From: Porticoccus sp.
GTDB lineage: Bacteria; Pseudomonadota; Gammaproteobacteria; Pseudomonadales; Porticoccaceae
Assembly (NCBI GenBank): GCA_036961395.1
Contig: JBALVP010000001.1
Location: forward strand, 21,666 to 85,665
Direction of reading: 5' to 3'
Length of the DNA stretch: 64,000 nt
The notes below the pieces were generated by a model. The model saw nothing but the letters and a program-made list of their open reading frames with translations. It was not told the DNA's origin and did no database searches. Position 1 is the first letter of the stretch, and each line of letters starts with the position of its first letter. Below are positions 57,844-64,000 of the stretch, one piece after another. The position numbers and the translations under genes are program-made.

Positions 57844-57901
57844 ACAACGTTGGTTTTTATAACAGTCCAGAATTTAAAGTATAACAACTGGAGTAAATAT
57901 T

Positions 57902-58171
57902 ATGAGCTTCCAAACTGATGAGCATGCCAAGGACTACTGGAAGGAGAACCTGCGTCTGCTGGTGACCCTCCTAGTCATTTGGTTTGCCGTTTCATTCGGG
58001 TTTGGCATTCTGCTGGTTGAGCCGCTGAACAGTATTCCACTGTTTGGCTTCAAGCTCGGCTTCTGGTTTGCCCAGCAAGGTTCCATGTATGTATTTGTGG
58101 CGCTGATTTTTGTCTATGTGGCAAAAATGAAAGCACTTGACCGCAAATACGACGTTCACGAAGACGACTGA
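57902..58171 (+). CDS. DUF4212 solute:sodium symporter small subunit
   Basis: YWKENLRL, GFKLGFWFAQQGS; directly precedes the symporter. Confidence 0.92.
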   Translation: MSFQTDEHAKDYWKENLRLLVTLLVIWFAVSFGFGILLVEPLNSIPLFGFKLGFWFAQQGSMYVFVALIFVYVAKMKALDRKYDVHEDD

Positions 58172-58182
58172 GGGGTATCATC

Positions 58183-59889
58183 ATGGATATTCAAACTTGG
58201 ACTTTTCTACTCGTTGGCCTGTCCTTCGCACTCTATATTGGCATTGCCATTTGGGCGCGTGCTGGCACTACCAAGGAGTTCTATGTAGCTGGAGGTGGTA
58301 TTCATCCAGTGGCTAATGGTATGGCTACCGCAGCAGACTGGATGTCGGCAGCATCGTTTATCTCTATGGCGGGGTTAATCTCGTTTATGGGGTATGACGG
58401 AGGTGTTTACCTCATGGGCTGGACCGGCGGTTATGTGTTACTGGCACTTTGCCTAGCACCTTACCTGCGAAAATTCGGTAAGTTTACAGTACCGGATTTT
58501 ATCGGTGACCGTTATTACTCCCAGACAGCACGAACCGTCGCTGTTATCTGCGCTATCTTCATCTCATTTACATATGTAGCGGGTCAGATGCGCGGTGTAG
58601 GTGTCGTGTTCTCGCGTTTCCTGGAAGTGGATATTGTTACTGGCGTTTTACTCGGTATGTGTGTGGTGTTCTTCTATGCCGTACTCGGTGGAATGAAAGG
58701 TATTACCTATACTCAGGTTGCTCAGTACTGCGTGCTCATTTTCGCCTACCTGGTACCTGCTGTATTTATCTCTATTCTGGTTACGGGCAACCCAGTACCA
58801 CAACTGGGCTTTGGTGATACCTTGGCCGATGGCTCGGGCACTTACTTGCTCGAGAAGTTGGATGGGCTCTCGGCAGAACTCGGATTTACAGCTTATACAT
58901 CGGGGACCAAGAGCATGATTGATGTGTTCTTTATCACCTTTGCTTTGATGGTCGGTACCGCTGGACTACCCCATGTAATCGTGCGTTTTTTCACCGTGCC
59001 AAAAGTAGCAGACGCGCGTCGTTCTGCGGGTTGGGCTCTGGTCTTTATTGCCATTCTCTATACTACAGCACCTGCGGTTGCTGCTTTTGCCCGGGTGAAT
59101 ATGATTGAGACTATTAATGGCCCAGATAGTATGGGTGTGGCACATGCAAGTGCGCCCAGCTGGATCAGTAACTGGGAAAAAACCGGACTGATTACATGGG
59201 AAGATAAAAACGAAGATGGCCGGATGTTTTACTCCGGTGATGATCGCAATGAGATGAACATCGATCGTGACATCATAGTGATGGCCAACCCTGAAATTGC
59301 TAACTTGCCTGCCTGGGTGATTGCCCTAGTGGCAGCGGGTGGCGTTGCTGCGGCATTGTCTACATCAGCAGGATTACTGTTGGTAATCTCTACGTCGATC
59401 TCTCACGATCTACTGAAACGGAATTTGATGCCTAATATTAGCGATAAACAGGAGCTCATGTACGCACGTATTGCTGCGGGATGTGGTATTGCGGTGGCCG
59501 CCTACCTCGGCATCAATCCGCCGGGCTTTGTGGCGCAAGTGGTGGCGTTTGCCTTTGGCCTGGCAGCGTCGAGTTTCTTCCCGGCCATTATTTTAGGTAT
59601 CTTCTACAAAAAGATGAATAAAGAGGGCGCTATTGCCGGTATGTTGTCTGGTATAGGATTCACAACCTCTTATATCATTTACTTCAAGTTCATCAATCCT
59701 GGTGCGAATATGCCAGAGAACTGGTGGTTTGGAATTTCACCAGAGGGTATTGGTACTCTGGGTATGGTTGTTAACTTTGTGGTGGCCTTCGCAGTACAGA
59801 AAATGACGGGTGAAGCACCTGATCATATTAAAGAACTGGTGGAAAGCCTGCGCTATCCCAAAGGTTCGGGAGAAGCCCAAGGGCATTAA
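58183..59889 (+). CDS. Sodium:solute symporter, ActP-like (VC2705 subfamily), probable acetate/monocarboxylate uptake
   Basis: NGMATAADWMSAASF, GKFTVPDFIGDRY, GTAGLPHVIVRFFTV. Confidence 0.93.
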   Translation: MDIQTWTFLLVGLSFALYIGIAIWARAGTTKEFYVAGGGIHPVANGMATAADWMSAASFISMAGLISFMGYDGGVYLMGWTGGYVLLALCLAPYLRKFGKFTVPDFIGDRYYSQTARTVAVICAIFISFTYVAGQMRGVGVVFSRFLEVDIVTGVLLGMCVVFFYAVLGGMKGITYTQVAQYCVLIFAYLVPAVFISILVTGNPVPQLGFGDTLADGSGTYLLEKLDGLSAELGFTAYTSGTKSMIDVFFITFALMVGTAGLPHVIVRFFTVPKVADARRSAGWALVFIAILYTTAPAVAAFARVNMIETINGPDSMGVAHASAPSWISNWEKTGLITWEDKNEDGRMFYSGDDRNEMNIDRDIIVMANPEIANLPAWVIALVAAGGVAAALSTSAGLLLVISTSISHDLLKRNLMPNISDKQELMYARIAAGCGIAVAAYLGINPPGFVAQVVAFAFGLAASSFFPAIILGIFYKKMNKEGAIAGMLSGIGFTTSYIIYFKFINPGANMPENWWFGISPEGIGTLGMVVNFVVAFAVQKMTGEAPDHIKELVESLRYPKGSGEAQGH

Positions 59890-59917
59890 CAACTAAGTAT
59901 TTATCCTTCTAGCAGTC

Positions 59918-59944
59918 GGCCGCCCTTTGGGCGGCCTTTTTTTT
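59918..59944 (+). terminator. Strong intrinsic terminator after the symporter
   Basis: GGCCGCCC-TTT-GGGCGGCC followed by T8. Confidence 0.92.
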
Positions 59945-60136
59945 AACGATACTTTATTATTATCCATGCTTTATTTTTAACCAGCTTATTCACTATAGAG
60001 GCAAGTCGGGGTAAAACCAGTCTTCTACCTTCGCCTAATTGCAGTGTGTCATAGGGACGAGCTACCTTTAGAGTAGGATGTATAGGTTGTCCGTATGTAT
60101 TGTTCTGATTTATTAGTTACACAGGGTAGATAAAAC

Positions 60137-61993
60137 ATGACGATCAGTGTGGAAGTGTCTGCAGTCAGGGATTTTCTCTCCCAGAACACGCCGTTTGACC
60201 AGTTATCTGAGGCTCAGTTAACACACGCCTCGACCCGGGTACAAATTGCCTATTATCGAGCCGGAGATACGACGGATATTCTCGATTATTCCAACCCTCG
60301 ACTTTATGTGGTTCGCAGTGGCGCCTTTGAAGTAAGAGATAACGAAGGACAGCTACTGGATCGCGTAGAACCCGGTGGGTATTTTGGTTACCCCTCGCTG
60401 TTAACCGGGGGTGCTATTACGAACAGACTAGTGGTGATCGAGGATGGGTTGTTGTATCAGCTCGATGAGGACACCTTTCAGCAGCTGCGTTCTGCCAGTC
60501 GACCATTTGATCGATTTTTTAATCAGGCTCATGCCAAACGGCTGCAACATGCTGTTCGATTTCGTGAGAAAAATTACCAGTTAACCCTTCGAGTGATTGA
60601 CCTGTGCTCAGGACGAGCGGTGACGGCTAAACCTGATGAAACAGTTGAAGAAGTCGCGAAACGCATGACGGATGAGCGGGTCTCATCGGTCATGGTAGTT
60701 GATGATAGCCATCAACTCTGTGGTCTGGTGACTGATAGGGATTTGCGCGCCCGGGTACTGGCTGAGGGCCGAGGAACGGATACCCTATTGTCGGAGGTGA
60801 TGACGGGGGACACGATCAGTGTATCTCCCGAAAGCTTGGTATTTGAGGCAATGTTGATGATGACGGAGCATAATATTCATCATCTGCCGATCACCGATGA
60901 TGGTCAGCCGGTATCGATGTTAACAGCCACCGATTTAGTGAAGTCACAAAAATCTGACCCAGTGTTTCTGATTGGTGAAATTGGCCGTCAGGAGACAGTG
61001 GGCGGATTGCAAACGATTTCCAGAGATATTCCGGAATTATTAAGGAGCCTGGTTCGTGCGGAGGCGAGTGCCGATCAAATAGGCAGGTTACTAACCACCG
61101 TGACCGATGCCCTCACCCGTCAATTGATCAAGCAAGGAATAGAACAGTTGGGTGCGCCTCCAGTACCTTTTTCCTGGCTGGCATTTGGGTCGCAAGGTCG
61201 ACAGGACCAGACGGCCATATCTGATCAAGATAATGGCCTGTTAGTCAGCGATGCCATGACGAATGATGACGATCGCTATTTTAAGGCACTGGCTACCTAT
61301 GTGAATGACGGTCTGGATGTCTGTGGTTATTGTTATTGCCCCGGCGGCGTTATGGCTACGACCGATACTTGGCGACAGCCATTAGTGAATTGGAAGAAAC
61401 AGTTTCTCCGCTGGATTAATCAACCTTCACCCAAGGCCTTAATGCATGCCAGTATCTTTTTTGATATGCGTTGTATCTACGGTGATCAAACATTATTTAA
61501 TGATCTACAGAAAACAGTGTGTGAGGCGGCCAGTGGTAATGAGATTTTTCTTGCTAACCTCACGGCGAATGCATTGAAACTAACGCCGCCTATGGGGTTC
61601 TTCAAAAATTTTGTGGTGGGGCGCAGTGGAGAGCACAAAAATACTTTTGATATGAAGCTCCGGGGCATTATGCCACTCAACGATATTGCCCGAATTTATG
61701 CGTTGTCGATTGGTACCGAGCAGGTACATACTCTGGATCGCTTGAAGGAGGTTGTTTCCCGTAAGTTACTGACACTCAAAGATTCCCGCAACCTGATTGA
61801 TGCTCATGAATTTATTTCACGGTTGCGTTTGGAGCATCAGGGTGAGCGGCTGAAAGAGGGGCAAGTACCCGATAATCACCTTGACCCATTAACACTCTCC
61901 TCGCTGTCCCGGCACCAGTTAAAAGATGCATTTGCCGTTGTGGCTGATGCCCAGTCAGCACTCCGGGTTAAATTTACCCGTGGGCTTATGTGA
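60137..61993 (+). CDS. cNMP-binding, CBS-pair, DUF294 (GlnD/GlnE-like nucleotidyltransferase) protein
   Basis: VVRSGAFEV and GYFG (cNMP), GLVTDRDLR and NIHHLPI (CBS), FGSQGRQDQTAISDQDNG (NT), CPGGVMA, IFFDMR, LKDAF (DUF294_C). Confidence 0.92.
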   Translation: MTISVEVSAVRDFLSQNTPFDQLSEAQLTHASTRVQIAYYRAGDTTDILDYSNPRLYVVRSGAFEVRDNEGQLLDRVEPGGYFGYPSLLTGGAITNRLVVIEDGLLYQLDEDTFQQLRSASRPFDRFFNQAHAKRLQHAVRFREKNYQLTLRVIDLCSGRAVTAKPDETVEEVAKRMTDERVSSVMVVDDSHQLCGLVTDRDLRARVLAEGRGTDTLLSEVMTGDTISVSPESLVFEAMLMMTEHNIHHLPITDDGQPVSMLTATDLVKSQKSDPVFLIGEIGRQETVGGLQTISRDIPELLRSLVRAEASADQIGRLLTTVTDALTRQLIKQGIEQLGAPPVPFSWLAFGSQGRQDQTAISDQDNGLLVSDAMTNDDDRYFKALATYVNDGLDVCGYCYCPGGVMATTDTWRQPLVNWKKQFLRWINQPSPKALMHASIFFDMRCIYGDQTLFNDLQKTVCEAASGNEIFLANLTANALKLTPPMGFFKNFVVGRSGEHKNTFDMKLRGIMPLNDIARIYALSIGTEQVHTLDRLKEVVSRKLLTLKDSRNLIDAHEFISRLRLEHQGERLKEGQVPDNHLDPLTLSSLSRHQLKDAFAVVADAQSALRVKFTRGLM

Positions 61994-62691
61994 TGATGTT
62001 TTTTCGGGGTACTGACTGGGTATTCAAGTACACGCAAAAGCGTTACCTTCGCTGTTGTCATAACCCGGTTATGCGTCATTATTTACAGTCAGACTTCCCT
62101 TCACGTAATGCAGATTATCGACAGGTTGAATACTTGGCAGTTGATCTGGAAATGACAGGGCTTAACGCCTTGTCAGATCATATTCTTAGTATTGGTTTTG
62201 TACCAATAGTAGAGCAGAAAGTGGTGGTCAGTGGGGCTCGGCATATCTATATCAATAGTGACCTGGGGGTGGGGCAGAGTGCCGTTATCCACGGCATTCA
62301 TGACAGGGATCTGGACAAAGCCACGCCATTATCAGTGGCTATGGGGTTATTACTTGAGGCTTTGCGAGGGAAAGTGTTGTTGTTGCATTGCGCCCAGCTT
62401 GATCTGGCTTTTCTTCAGCAGGCTTGTAAGGTGCTTTATGATAATGCTTTGCTGGTATCTGTGGTGGATACCATGGACCTTGAAGATCAACGTCTAGAAC
62501 GGACAGGTGTCCATCGGGGTGCGGAGAGTTTGCGTCTTGGCGACTGTCGTAAGCGGTATAACTTACCGGATTACTCAGCACATAACGCCCTGATTGACGC
62601 TGTGGCCACAGCGGAATTATTCCTGGCCCAAATACGTTATAGATTTGGCTCTCACCCTTCGGCACTACGAAAAATTCTATTGCCTAGCTAG
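61990..62691 (+). CDS. DEDDh 3'-5' exonuclease (DnaQ-like)
   Basis: ExoI VDLEMTG, ExoII HCAQLD, ExoIII HNALID; overlaps the DUF294 gene stop. Confidence 0.9.
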   Translation: MMMFFRGTDWVFKYTQKRYLRCCHNPVMRHYLQSDFPSRNADYRQVEYLAVDLEMTGLNALSDHILSIGFVPIVEQKVVVSGARHIYINSDLGVGQSAVIHGIHDRDLDKATPLSVAMGLLLEALRGKVLLLHCAQLDLAFLQQACKVLYDNALLVSVVDTMDLEDQRLERTGVHRGAESLRLGDCRKRYNLPDYSAHNALIDAVATAELFLAQIRYRFGSHPSALRKILLPS

Positions 62692-62749
62692 ACTTTACAA
62701 GCACTAGGAAAGAAAAGGTGATTCAGTCTGATAGGTGAAGAGCTTACTT

Positions 62750-62761
62750 ATACAAAGGTCG
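62750..62761. promoter_or_regulatory. Putative CrbR/ErdR box upstream of acs
   Basis: ATAC-AAAG-GTCG, ~85 bp before the ATG. Confidence 0.5.
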
Positions 62762-62844
62762 GGTAGATGCTAGCCTTAATTTAAATTAGTCTGAACAAAG
62801 TAATTTTTGAAAATAGAAAATAACGCGATATAAAAGAGGCTCAT

Positions 62845-64000
62845 ATGGCTCAAGCACAGGTTTACCCAGTTCCCGAGAGTTTTGCCAAAGACGCGCATAT
62901 TAATTCAGACACCTACCAGGAGATGTACCGCCGCTCGATAGAAGAAGCTGATAATTTTTGGTCAGAGCAAGCAGAAAAATTTATCGACTGGGAGCAACCC
63001 TGGAATAACGTTAGCAGCTTTGATTTTAGTACCGGCGAAGCCAGTTGGTTCACTGGCGGGAAGCTGAATGTTACCGTGAATTGTATTGACCGCCATCTTG
63101 CGACACGCGGTGATCAAACAGCCATTATCTGGGAGGGTGATGACCCTTCAGTTAGCAGCAATATTACCTATAACCAGTTGAGCGAACAGGTGAATAAACT
63201 GGCCAATGTATTGAAAGCTCGAGGCGTCAAAAAGGGCGATAGAGTGTGTATCTACATGCCGATGATTCCTGAGGCCGCGTATGCCATGTTGGCCTGCGCG
63301 CGGCTTGGTGCTGTTCACTCAGTGGTATTTGGTGGCTTTTCTCCCGAGGCATTAAAAGACCGTATTCTTGATTCCGATTGCCAGACATTGATCACCGCTG
63401 ATGAAGGGTTAAGAGGTAGTAAGGCCATTCACCTTAAAGCCAACACGGATGAGGCACTAAAGAGCTGCCCCAATGTCCACACCTGCCTGGTCGTTAAGCA
63501 TACTGGCGGAAAAATTAATTGGCAGGAAGGCCGTGATATTTGGTACGGCGAGACAGTAGATGATGCCAGTGATTACTGTGAACCAGAGATAATGGATGCG
63601 GAAGACCCGTTGTTTATTCTCTACACCTCGGGGTCTACGGGTATGCCAAAGGGTGTCCTGCATACCACCGCGGGTTACCTGTTACAGACAGCCATGACAC
63701 ACAAGTATGTGTTTGATTACAAAGAGGGAGATGTTTATTGGTGTACTGCCGATGTGGGCTGGGTGACCGGTCATAGCTATATTGTGTATGGCCCTCTTTG
63801 TAATGGTGCCATTACCCTAATGTTCGAAGGTGTACCCACTTATCCCGATGCTTCTCGTTTCTGGCAGGTCATTGATAAGCACAAGGTCAATATTTTTTAT
63901 ACCGCACCCACTGCCATACGTGCATTGATGAGTTTTGGCGACGATTTTGTCACCAAAACCAACCGCAGTTCGCTGCGATTGTTGGGCACAGTAGGTGAGC
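62845..64000 (+). CDS. acs: Acetyl-CoA synthetase (3'-truncated by window edge; missing from the ORF track)
   Basis: Hand translation [13 protein letters not shown]..., [53 protein letters not shown]. Confidence 0.96.
   Translation, partial: MAQAQVYPVPESFAKDAHINSDTYQEMYRRSIEEADNFWSEQAEKFIDWEQPWNNVSSFDFSTGEASWFTGGKLNVTVNCIDRHLATRGDQTAIIWEGDDPSVSSNITYNQLSEQVNKLANVLKARGVKKGDRVCIYMPMIPEAAYAMLACARLGAVHSVVFGGFSPEALKDRILDSDCQTLITADEGLRGSKAIHLKANTDEALKSCPNVHTCLVVKHTGGKINWQEGRDIWYGETVDDASDYCEPEIMDAEDPLFILYTSGSTGMPKGVLHTTAGYLLQTAMTHKYVFDYKEGDVYWCTADVGWVTGHSYIVYGPLCNGAITLMFEGVPTYPDASRFWQVIDKHKVNIFYTAPTAIRALMSFGDDFVTKTNRSSLRLLGTVGE

Noticed and set aside
60137-62691. NT plus nuclease pair as an anti-phage system (CBASS- or AbiE-like)
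   Set aside because: The NT is GlnD/GlnE-like with cNMP/CBS sensors and sits in a metabolic locus; no CD-NTase effector or defence-island context

Overview
Gammaproteobacterial chromosome segment; the gene order is Pseudomonadales/Cellvibrionales-like (inference). Bases 1-28164 are a polar-type flagellar cluster: fleSR-fliEFGHIJ, fliK, fliLMNOPQR-flhBAF-fleN-fliA-motCD, then a convergent Na+-type pomAB-PilZ unit, a SPOR protein, a fliK2-flhB2 pair and a GGDEF cyclase. The cheYZAB and parA-cheW blocks normally found around motCD are absent, and CheY-contact residues of FliM and FliN are eroded. Bases 28331-37591 are housekeeping genes (rnr, rlmB, rpsF-rpsR-DUF2232-rplI, dnaB, panCD). Bases 37733-64000 are a short-chain carboxylate locus (prpE, crbS-like SLC5 hybrid kinase, crbR-like regulator, DcaP porin, ActP-like symporter with small subunit, cNMP-CBS-DUF294 nucleotidyltransferase plus DEDDh nuclease, partial acs). 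This locus is split by ~12 kb of accessory envelope genes (yajQ, K+ channel, antiporter, RND pump, lipoproteins, a broken OMP). Best leads: a possibly chemotaxis-free, c-di-GMP-tuned dual-stator motor; the uncharacterised nucleotidyltransferase/nuclease pair inside the acetate locus; an unannotated 56-aa ORF after motD; a candidate sRNA at ~43.4-43.6 kb; and a 102-bp duplication in FliK. No rRNA, tRNA, CRISPR array or IS element was recognised. All calls come from reading motifs by eye; no database search was run.
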